Below are positions 25,641 to 35,821 of a DNA stretch of 64,000 nt, one piece after another. A program made the translations under genes and the position numbers. Position 1 is the first letter of the stretch. Every line of letters starts with the position of its first letter. The DNA is from Lophium mytilinum (lineage: Eukaryota), in the NCBI GenBank assembly GCA_010093605.1, contig MU004184.1, positions 1,932,801 through 1,996,800 of the forward strand, in the 5' to 3' direction. The notes under the pieces are model-generated. The model worked only from the letters and a program-made list of their open reading frames with translations. It made no database searches and was not told the DNA's origin.

Positions 25641-26031
25641 ATGTCTGACCTCGGGTGAGTGTCACAGCCCTCACAAGGATGAACTCTACTGACAAGACGC
25701 AGCCGCAAAGATCTGAGCACTCAGCTCGGCGAGAAGGTCACTCCCGACTCGCAGAAGTCTACCCTCGACCAAACCAAGGAGACCGTCACTGGCCTCACCG
25801 ACAAGGCTGCTGCCGCTGTCGTCCCAGGTCAGTTTCTCTACGTCTCCTACTGTGCCTAAGTCCAATAGCTAACACTCAGCAGAGGGCGAGAAGTCCACCA
25901 CCCAGAAGGTCGGGGATGAAACCCGCGGCACTACCAACGACGCCTCTGCCCAGGGCAAGACCCTTCTCGACCAGGCCCAGGAGACTGTCGCCAACGCCGC
26001 TCAGTCGGTCGCCGATGCTCTGAAGAAATAG
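25641..26031 (+). CDS. HSP12: Hsp9/Hsp12 family small heat-shock protein (2 introns)
   Basis: Spliced MSDLGRKDLSTQLGEKVTPDSQKSTLDQTKETVTGLTDKAAA matches the Hsp12 'MSD.GRK...PDSQKS' pattern. Confidence 0.88.
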
Positions 26032-26552
26032 ATGCGTCACTCGGTTTCGACACTCGGAGGAGGTTTCCGTGATGGATCTCACTTTGGGTTGACCGATGGG
26101 ATGATCAATCACGGCTTGCAAAGAAAACGGACGGTAGACCCAAGTTTGCACTATACCCCTACCTCATAGTTATTACGGCAATGACAATGAATTGAATAAC
26201 ATCACTTGAACTCATCTGTATTGACGATTGAAACTGTGCTGTGACAATCCAACATGACACGCTCGTTGGCATTGTTTACAATGCTTCCTATTATATTCAC
26301 TTCACGAAGTTTTTCCCATGGGCAGACGTGACGATGTTGGGTTTCTAAAGACTTTGATATGCTTCAGTTTGCACATTGCGATTGGTTTGCTTTACTACGA
26401 CATAGTATCATGCTTGTGCTAAACTTGTCAAGCAGACAACTTCAACCCACCGCTCAGTTTCGCGCGTAGTCAACACACAAGGACACCAGTTCGTTCGTAT
26501 GGTATTTGATTAGAATATGTGGTTTAGTGTATGGACCTGGGTATGTGTGGCC

Positions 26553-27608
26553 CTACAGGTCTTCATCCTCAACCTCTTCCATCTCCACATGCCGGAGCAC
26601 TCTCTCAGCTGTCTGCCCTTCGCTCTTGGAGTCGCGTATTTTCCCCTCTGCCTCTGCGGCTATCATCAAGTGCTCTGCTTCTTGCACAGCTGCCTCGGCC
26701 GCTCCCTTCGCATCTCGATCCACTGTCCGGGAACCCTCCATTTCGATGTCTCTCATTTCTCTCTCAAACTCGGCCTCCATTGCATCTAGATCCATATCGG
26801 CTTTCCCCACTGCTGGGTTCGCTAGCCTATGTTCTGCTTCTTCTACTCCTGCCTCGGCTGCTTTTTCGGCAGCTGCATATCCCTCCTTTTCCAGCTTTTC
26901 TAGCTCTTCTGGCTCCAGAAGCCGCCCTTGGACGCCGCCTTTTGCCAGCTTGAGTTTGCTCTGAACAGCCGTCGGAACAAATTTGCTCGTTGCTTCCTTC
27001 CTAAGATCCCGCATTTGTGGTGCAGATTCGTACACAATCTTCGCGGCTGGCTTCGGGGGGAGTACATGTGGTAGCCGGGGTTCTCCAAGTGGTGTGTCAT
27101 TCGCGTTGCCGTTCGAGCGAGAGCCATGCCGACGTGGAAGAGGTGGAGGAGTGTCCCTTGGCATGGGTATGTGTCGTGCGTCTTCGTCTGTGTCGCTGCT
27201 CGACTCCCCACCACTCCTTTCACCGTCCCTCCTCCGCTTCCCTAGCACACCGCCTCCCCTTGATCCACCTCTTGTTCCGCCCCTGCCTCCTCTGCGATCA
27301 TTGCCGTCTCTTCTCTCTTCACCACCACCAAAACGTGGCGCCTTGTCCCCTAATGCCTCGCGCGCCTTTTTGACAGCCGCAGCCTCCTTCTCCAGCTGCC
27401 CTAGCCTCTGTCGGTCATGTGGTCGTAGGTCTCCGCCCTCCCCCCGGGCCTTGAGGTCTTCGATCTCGCGCTGCAAGCGCTCCGGGTTGCGTTTTGCGAG
27501 CCGTTCTTGTCGCTGGGCTTGGACCTGGGCTTTCCCTTTCTTAAGCGCTTTTGCCTTTTCCGCTTTGTGGGCGGCCTGGGCGGGATTGACTGATTTTTCT
27601 TTGGCCAT
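26553..27608 (-). CDS. WW-domain-binding protein 11 (WBP11/Saf1)-like splicing factor
   Basis: N-terminal 'NPAQAAHKAEKAKALKKGK...R...L.KRNPERLQREIEDLK' WBP11 domain, 'IPMPRDTPPP' and 'YESAPQMRDLRKEA..FVP' motifs. Confidence 0.85.
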   Translation of the reverse strand: MAKEKSVNPAQAAHKAEKAKALKKGKAQVQAQRQERLAKRNPERLQREIEDLKARGEGGDLRPHDRQRLGQLEKEAAAVKKAREALGDKAPRFGGGEERRDGNDRRGGRGGTRGGSRGGGVLGKRRRDGERSGGESSSDTDEDARHIPMPRDTPPPLPRRHGSRSNGNANDTPLGEPRLPHVLPPKPAAKIVYESAPQMRDLRKEATSKFVPTAVQSKLKLAKGGVQGRLLEPEELEKLEKEGYAAAEKAAEAGVEEAEHRLANPAVGKADMDLDAMEAEFEREMRDIEMEGSRTVDRDAKGAAEAAVQEAEHLMIAAEAEGKIRDSKSEGQTAERVLRHVEMEEVEDEDL

Positions 27609-27827
27609 GTTCGTGGTGGTATGCGCCGGCTGCTGTAATTGAGATGACCTGAGGCGTAAGTTGAACGGACCTAGGTATGCTCTCGAAACACCTGCAGCGA
27701 GACGCCAGTCTTGGCACGCTAAGGAAATTTAAGGTATGGTCCGTGCCTCAACTGTAAATCGCGTGTGGCGTCACCGTGGGTTCGCTGCCTTTCACAACAC
27801 AACAACCTCAACTCAACGTTAGCAACC

Positions 27828-29681
27828 ATGTTTCTTCCTCGTGTGCTGCTGAAGAAGGGCATGCATCCGCCCGCGAAACGCCACGCCAAGCCTCCAACAG
27901 CCTCGCCTCAAGCAGAAGAAGAGGTCGCAGATCCCCAAGCCGAGCTTTCAACGCGTCCTGCAGCCCTACAGGCCTCCGACTCGACCAGTCCCGAATCCAC
28001 CCAGCAAACCGGCGGCCAAACCCCTAAACATGAGACCTCGGTGGTAGGCGGAAAGCGAAAGCTTGATCAGACTTCATTGGCCGAGGAGACAACAACGGTG
28101 CCAAAGAAAGCTAAAGAGGAGCAGCAGCCTAGAAGGGGATCCAACTTCACGCCAAAGAAGAGCCAGGACAAGACTGGGGACTACCTGAAGGAGGTAGCAC
28201 TTGGCGTCGAGATCTTCTTCTCCGACTATGCACATCGCGATAGCACAAGCGCGCTGAATAGGCTCCAAAAAGTCATCGATGGAGAATCAGGATGTAAGCT
28301 ACCACCCTCGTCCCGCTGAACTACATGTCTCACGCGTCTTCCACTAAATCCTGCCCTCGCTCTGCTTGTTTGGTCCATTCTTTCAGCCCCTCTAAGAGCA
28401 TGCCGCTGACTTGATAAATTCTCACCAGATATCCATTTCCAGACCCTGATCATGAGTCGCTTGCTTGACAGGATGAAACCATACGCGACACTAGACACCA
28501 TTCGTCGCGCTCTCCAAGCCTATCCACCAGAAACTGTCGAGATAGCCCCGAAAGGCTTCTACGCTCGTCGGAAGCCCTCTACATACCCACTTCCTTCCAT
28601 ACTCGGTGAAGAAGCAGCAGCCGTCAAAGAAAAGGAAGAGGGCATCAACTTCTGGGACAGCCACACCATCTACGTGGAACCAAGTAACCCACTCATGTGT
28701 GTCAGGCCTACAACCGTTGCGGCATCGCTCCTGAAGAACGGAGACCTCTCACCAGAGTTGCTTCCGATCCAAGCAGTACATGCCCTCCGACCCGGCTGTG
28801 CACTCATTGTTCTCAGTGGCCCAATCACTTCTGGTAGCGGGGAACAGTGGCTTGCAAAAGGCCTGCCAAAAGATTGGATTGTTATGAGCAAGTACGTTAA
28901 TCTGTTCCCCGATGCTCCTTTAGAGTAGCGAGTACTAATTACTGACAGGGAGGACTACCATGGACGAACTCAGGAGTACGAAGATCATGTAGCACCGGAT
29001 AGAGCAGCACGTAAGGAAAAGGAGGAAAAGGACAAAGCAGCACGGGAGGAAATGATTCGCCGCAGTAAGATACCTTCCGCGGCGCGTATACTAAGGAACG
29101 AAATAAAGGAGTCTAAACGACAGCAAGCAGCGAGGAGAGAAGCGAGGGCTCAGAGGGAAGAGAAGTACAAGTCGACAGTGACTATTGGAACTAGATCGGC
29201 CGAGATTGCTTTCCCCGACCGCTGGACGTTCGTTCGCCTCAGCAACATTCCTTACAAGCTTCCAGTCAAAACCATCCTCAAGGTCGTGAAAGACATCTCA
29301 CCGCGGCCCATCGACGCCTTCATAGCGCACCACTCCTACGGTAAGCTCTTTGCAGTTCTCCAGTTCGCAATGGCGGAAGATGCGGAGGCCATTGTAAAGG
29401 CTTTCAACGACATGGTTACGGCCTTGAAGGAGGCGCATGATTTAGAGAATTGGCTGCATCGAATCAGTTCGGAACATGAGCCTGAAGCTTGGAAGGACAT
29501 TCCGGACAAAAGGGTATTCTCGAACCCTTCATCGACGGACCGGAAGAAGATGTCGAAGAGAAGGGAGAAGGCCAAGATCGAAGGCACTCGGGCAAGAATT
29601 CTCAGTGTCAAGGAGGCAAAAGCCCACTGGGACCAATTGCAACGGAAGGCAGGCATTACCTGCTCCGGATCTCCTCTCTAG
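27828..29681 (+). CDS. La-related RNA-binding protein, LARP7/Pof8-like (La motif + RRM + xRRM); introns 28294-28428, 28892-28948
   Basis: La-like 'VEIFFSDY...GYIHFQTL', RRM 'TIYVEP...VMSKEDY', C-terminal 'FVRLSNIP...F..AEDAEAIV...ILS.....HW'. Confidence 0.7.
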
Positions 29682-30512
29682 GAATAAGATGCTGCACGTT
29701 TGGATGCTCATGCCGAGAGGACGGTAGCAGTCAAAGGGAGTATTCACATGGAAATGATGGGTCATGACTAGCTTGTGTAATTGTAGTATAAGGTCACCTC
29801 TATGACTTGAGTAGGAAAGTACCATGGAAAGTGTTTCCTTCGATCCAATTACGTCTCCTCGGTCGTTGAACAAAAGTGCCAGTCTCTTCTGACGCCGTCT
29901 GATGTGGCCTGAAGAGCCATCAGGCGTGCTAGAGTCGCCTTTTCTCGATCCCCACTAACACACCAGGGGGTGTCAAGCGGTGCTATGCGAGTGTATGTAC
30001 ATGTCCAAAGAGTAGGTCAATGTCTAGACTACCTGAACTTTTAGATCATATTCATGAGTTCGTGGAATGCAACTTTTTGTTTAGCGATTCTAGGATTAGG
30101 CTTCGTTGAATATAAACGGCACTCCGACACTGTTTTGAGGTGGCCCGCAAAGTTATCGGTCTTGTCAGAATCATCCTTTTGCGATTGTTTTGGCAGCACT
30201 AGAGAACCGCGAGCGGCACTAGGCAAGTGTACAGAAAGCCTAGAGGGAGTGGGTTGCTCAAATATTTCGCTACAGTTCTGATCATTCGAAGCTCTCTATT
30301 GGTTGCATCCTTATCGATAACGTAGAGCCAAATACGACGAGTCAAGAAATACTACATCTCTTTCGACCGGGGAATAACAGATGCAGCTCCGACCGGACCA
30401 ATCTTTTAAGTTCGCATCATGTTCCCCGTAAAGTGGGAGACCGGTGTTCAAAAGAGCCTCTCATCTAGTTGTGGATGTCTGGATCGCTCTCCATTCTTAA
30501 AACTTGACGAAT

Positions 30513-32609
30513 ATGCCGACTCCAGTAGACTTACAGTACCTAGCAATTAGGGTTGCGCTTGCAGTTGTGGTGTTTCTTGCCCTACGCAGGCTCTCTCGAT
30601 ATGGCATGCGGCCTACCGGCTTCCCACCTGGTATCTACTCAAGAGGAGGCTTTTGGAACATCCCGTTGACAAGTAGCAGGCCCACCAACCCTCCCAATCA
30701 TTGGCAATCTGCATCAGATGCCGATGAAAGACCTCCACCTCAAGTTTACAGAATGGGCGAAACAATGTGAGAATCACGCCCGCATCCCTACGGAACTGCT
30801 CTGACAATTATCAGACGGCCCCGTCTTCTCTCTAAAGCTCGGCGGGGACATGAACATCATCATTCTAAACAAAGACCAGCCAGTGAAAGACCTGCTTGAC
30901 AAGCAAAGCAGCATCTACTCTGTGCGAATGGACAGCTTGATTCGGCAATTGGGAGACGGGCTGATGATTACGAATCGAGAGTATGCAGTTCCCAAGATAT
31001 GGTATGCTAGGGAGATGCTGAAGCCGCAAATCTAGCAACGACGATATCTGGAGGCGGCAACGGAAAGCATACCACCTGTTGCTGAATGGAAACGTGGCGG
31101 ACAAGTACCTGCCGTACCAGTACTTCGAGACTACGCAGCTGCTACAAGATATTCTTCAGCGGCCTGACGACGTGTCGCTTCATTTGAAGCGGTATACGAC
31201 GAGCTTGGGATCGACGATTGCGTACGCTTGGAGAACCACATCGGTAGATCAGCCAGCTGTGAAGACGATGTATCATGTAAGTCTGCTCGTGTCAATGTTT
31301 CAACCTATCTCAGAGCTCACGCGTATCAGTGGATTGAGCGCTGGTCGGCCATTGGTACTCAAACGATGGTCACGGAATGGTGGAAGTTCCTTCGGCCAAT
31401 CTACCGTGTCATGCCCACCTGGCTCAGTGCCGGCAAGAAAGAAATGTTCGAATTGCTAGGTATCGAGAAGAGTCTGTGGATGAGTCAATTGGTAAAGGCA
31501 AAAGAGAACATCAACCGAGGGAACAAGAAGCCTTGTATGTGATTCGCGTTCCTCTTTTATCGAAGTCCTAGGCTCACTAGACTTGACTAATGCAATTATT
31601 CGCAGGCTTCGCAGTCGACATGCTGCTCAACAACGAACAAGGCGACGCCAAAGACACGATGACTGACCTGCAAACAGCTTTCAACGCGGGCCACGCATGG
31701 GCTGGAGCAAGCGACACGACTCTAAACACGCTCCTCGCATTCGTGAAAGCCATGATCCTATATCCAGACGTGCAAGCCAAAGCACAAGCCGAAATCGACC
31801 ACGTCATAGGAGCATCGCGAATGCCCGACTGGCACGACCGAGACAGCCTCCCCTACGTGCGAAGCTGCGTCAAAGAAAGCCTGCGATGTCAGTACGCCCC
31901 CCGCACACAACCGCAACAACTACTAACCAGAGCGCTCAGGGCTCCCCACCGCGCTGACGGGGGTCCCGCACTCCGTCTCCCGCGACGATACCTACATGGG
32001 CTTTCAGATCCCCAAACGCGCTGTGATCTTCTTCAACGTCCGCAGCCCCCTTTCCCTCCTCCACCGCTTCCTCAAACTAACCTAATCGCAGACCTGGGCG
32101 ATCAACAACGACCCCAGCCGCGTCCTCAACCCGCGCCGCTTCCTCCCCGAGCGCCATCTCGCCGACGCCACAACCTCCTACGAATCCGCCTCGCTGCCGG
32201 ACTGCGCGAAGCGCGACCATTTCACGTTCGGCGCCGGCCGCCGCATTTGCCCCGGCATCCACATCGCAGACCGCTCGCTCTTTGTGGCCGTGTCAAGGCT
32301 GCTGTGGGGCTTTAAGATCGAGCAGGGTAGGGATGCGGAGGGAGCGCCCATGCCGCTAAATGCGGATGCGATGGGGCCGGGGTTTGTAGCGGAGCCAGAG
32401 AAATACGCGTACGTTGGTAACGCTTTCTTCATAGAGCAGCAAGCATCCTTAGTATTTGCTAAAACCCACATAGGTCACACTTCTCACCGCGAACGCCCGA
32501 CATGGCCGCGAAGATAGCGGAGGAATGGGCGAAAGCCGCAATTCTGCTGGACGGAGACGGGAACTACTCGGACGCTTTCTACGACGTGTTCGGGACGGCA
32601 AAAAAGTAA
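30513..32609 (+). CDS. Cytochrome P450 (CYP619/CYP64-like), 8 introns
   Basis: [29 protein letters not shown] (ExxR), FLPERH, heme motif [10 protein letters not shown]; all exons join in frame. Confidence 0.93.
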
Positions 32610-32662
32610 ATCATTCGTTGATTAGATATCTAATATGTGAGGGGCTCGGTCTTATATTTATA

Positions 32663-33223
32663 TCATATTAGGGGTTTTCCGCCCTCCATCCCCACGAATA
32701 TCTCCGCCGCAACCCCAATCACCATCTTCTTCCCTACGAAGAACCGCTGCTCATCCGGCACAATAACATCGGTGTAGAACGGGTCCTTCACCGCTTCCGC
32801 CCAGGCTTCTAAGCTCGGGACCTGGAGCTGCAAGATGCCGTCGTATTGGATCGTGTTTTCGCCTGGGAGACTGAGGATTGAGGAGGTGGCGGGGTTGAGG
32901 TGGATCTGAGATGTTAGCGCGTGGTAAATAGCTAAAGGATGCACAGAATGGATGTGGGGGCGTTCTTGGAATCTTACCTGGCGGTAATCGGTGATCCCGT
33001 GCTTGGGGAACCACGGCGTGACGAGCGGCGCGTGTTTCTCTCTCCAGTATGTGCAGTATTCTTCGTGTGTCAGGGATGGGAGGCGGGTGATGAAGGCGAT
33101 GAGCCATACGCCGCCGCCTTTGTGGTTGTCGCTGTTGCTGAGCGTGGTAACGGTTGGGGTGGCGGATGGATCGGTCGTTGTTGGGCGGGTGAAGGCGATT
33201 GGGGTGGCAGATGGATCGGTCAT
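32663..33223 (-). CDS. EthD-domain protein (intron 32977-32906)
   Basis: 'FITRLPSLTHEEYCTYWREKHAPL...YDGI...DPFY...IVPDEQRF' EthD pattern. Confidence 0.85.
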   Translation of the reverse strand: MTDPSATPIAFTRPTTTDPSATPTVTTLSNSDNHKGGGVWLIAFITRLPSLTHEEYCTYWREKHAPLVTPWFPKHGITDYRQVRFQERPHIHSVHPLAIYHALTSQIHLNPATSSILSLPGENTIQYDGILQLQVPSLEAWAEAVKDPFYTDVIVPDEQRFFVGKKMVIGVAAEIFVGMEGGKPLI

Positions 33224-33240
33224 TGTTGGACGGGTGAAGA
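33151..33240. repeat. 45-bp tandem duplication spanning the EthD start codon
   Basis: Two near-identical units (c)g(g/a)ttggggtggc(g/a)gatggatcggtc(g/a)ttgttgg(g/a)cgggtgaag. Confidence 0.85.
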
Positions 33241-33583
33241 GAAAGCAGGAGATCAAGTGAGAATTGCTTGTTCTTGATACCGATGGGGCTGAGGGGAGCT
33301 GTGATAGATGGGGTGTGAGGTCTGACGTATTATGCAAGCCTGGGATGGAACGATTGTCCCGAAGAGAATGAGCTGTGGGAGCCTGGGATTGAGGTAACAA
33401 TCGTCGATTCCCTCTCCTCTAAGTGAGTCCTAAAAAGCGTAGAATGTGCTTTAGAAATCCTTAGAGCCTGTGACGCGTTCACGATCGCTGTTCGGAAAAA
33501 ATGTTGTCTTCTCCGAAGCCGGACGTGCAACGCGCTTCCGGATCATGCGCTAAGTATACACACTCAGATCTACGAACTTCTAT

Positions 33584-33614
33584 GCGGGGCGGAACGCGGG
33601 GAGAATAAGCGGGG
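33584..33614. promoter_or_regulatory. Three GCGGGG (CreA/Mig1 SYGGRG consensus) sites in the EthD/SDR divergent promoter
   Basis: GCGGGG at 33584, 33596, 33609. Confidence 0.45.
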
Positions 33615-34374
33615 TGAATCGCACGAGTCAGGTATATGCATTGGGGGTAATGGAGCAAAGAATGAGCATTGCCATTTCTCCTGATGTGGTCAAATTACCG
33701 AGAGAGAAATTCTGAGAATGAAGAGGATATATTGAGAGTATGAGTAACGATGTTCGCGAGCACTGATATCGTGATAACGAGAGGGCACTTAGATTTTGTA
33801 CATGGAATAGAGTACAACGTGGAAAAGAGTTTCTGTATTTTTCGGAGCCTCGCAACTTCCAATCCGGTCTCCGAAATCCAACTCGTACAGAGGAGTAGCA
33901 TAGCAAAACAACGTCGATCGCGGATGGAATACTTACAAAAGAATCTGATCTCTATATGCTGTGACCTGAGTATTGTCAGGCTGTGCGGCGGCTTGTGACA
34001 TTCACCTGTTTCACTCTGGCTGGCGAAAAGCTACCACCCAACCACGTGCCAATCTGGTAGAGATATTTTGAAAGCGGACTTCCACGAGCCTAGTAGCAAG
34101 GAGTGCATTGAACTTGTGGCAAAGGCTGTATAGGTTCTGGTCTCGTTTGTTGCGTTTTGTAGTTGAGTGATGTGTTTGGTTCCGGGGTCCGGGCGCAGAA
34201 CGCTCCGGCATGCAGACGATGGCGACAGGCCTTTGGAGGGGACTCTTGTATTTCCCCGCAGAATCAAGTAGATTTTAAACAAGCACAAAATTGCCGGATT
34301 CGCATTGAGCGAGATCGCTCCAAGTGGAATATTTGTTTAACTCCCTAGCTATTCCACAGGGATTCAACGCCGTC

Positions 34375-35484
34375 ATGGTTGTAGGGGACCTATCTCTCGA
34401 AGGGAAGATCGTTGTGATCACTGGAGCAGGATCAGGTGCGCCAATCGGATGTTTTCTATTAGAGACTACGTACCAATCAAGGTTAGCTGACTAGCTCTCA
34501 AAGGGATCAACCTTGAATTTGCAAAACTCGCCCATCAGCGGAACGCCCAAGTCATCATTGGTGATGTGAGGTTGACTCCTGAAGCGGAAGAATGGATCGC
34601 TATGACAAAGGATGCCGCATCAAAGGTCGTGTATCAACAAACGGACGTAGCAAAATGGGACCAACTGCAGACATTGCTAGACGTCTCCGAAAGGGAATTT
34701 GGAGATGTCCCCGATCTGTAGGCGTCAAGCCCGTAAACCTAACCCGAAGAAGCCGCTGAAGACGATTGCACAGATACGTTGCTGGCGCCGGAGTGTTCGA
34801 GCCGGTGAGTACACCCCATCGAACGGGCTCGATAAAGCTACTTCTGACACGCTCGAAGGACTGGTCAAATTTCTGGGACGACCCGGAAACAGACGGCTAC
34901 GCGTCAATCGACATCAACGTAGCGCACGCGATCAAGTTCACTCGGATGAGCATCCGGAAACTGTTGTCGAAGAACAAGAAGGGCGTTATTCTAGTTGTTG
35001 GCTCGATTGCGGGGCAGACGCCAAACTTCACTGGGCCGCTATACGTCGCGACTAAGCATGCTATCTCTGGGTTTGTGAGAAGTTTGGCAATGTTGGACGA
35101 ATACATGGATATCAAGGTAGTGTGTAGTGCTCCGGGGTAAGATGTTCTCCAACCTCAGGATCGTACCTTACTGAAGCTGATGATAGGATGGTACTTACGA
35201 GATTATGGACGGACAGGCCGGATATGGCTGAGAATTACAAAGGAATAGAGCAAATAGCGCTTGGCCCCAAAGACATTGCAGAAAGTATGGTGGCGCTGGC
35301 TGAATCATCGAAGTATCGGGGCGGTACTGTTCTGGAGGTAGCAAAAGGGCAGCCATGGAGAGAAGTACCCGCATACAACGCTCCTCCACCAGTAGGTATA
35401 GGGGCTACACCAGAGCAATCTGCGGCAGATCTACGAATCTTGCAGATCTTAGAAAAGGAGAGGGGAGTCGCGCTGAAGTTGTGA
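34375..35484 (+). CDS. Short-chain dehydrogenase/reductase (15-hydroxyprostaglandin dehydrogenase-like), 4 introns
   Basis: Spliced TGAGSGIN Rossmann motif, AGAGVFEP micro-exon, catalytic YVATK. Confidence 0.9.
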
Positions 35485-35821
35485 CGTGGAAGAAGCACTT
35501 ACATAATGTAGCGTCACATAAAAGACGAATTCACTATGACAGACCCCGAATCCCTTGGCAAAACAAACTCTATTTTCGCATAACCGCCCTCCCGAGCGGC
35601 GCAAAGGAGAATCTCACTCTTCATCTATATGTAGCAGAAGCGAAACAGCAGTACAAAAGACCCAGCCAGTATGCAAGAGTCAAATCAATCCTTCTGTCTC
35701 TCCCCTACTCACCTGATAGCTTCTTCTCAACTCCTGCCAATGCACCGACCTGTATCTGCATGACTCCGTTCAGAATGCCAATGAAAGAAAACGATCTCTG
35801 TTGGTAGACCGAGACTTTGCT

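Noticed and set aside
26506..27642. Long plus-strand ORFs opposite the WBP11-like gene (similar cases opposite PXR1, SERCA, ERG12)
   Set aside because: Antisense shadows of biased real coding sequence
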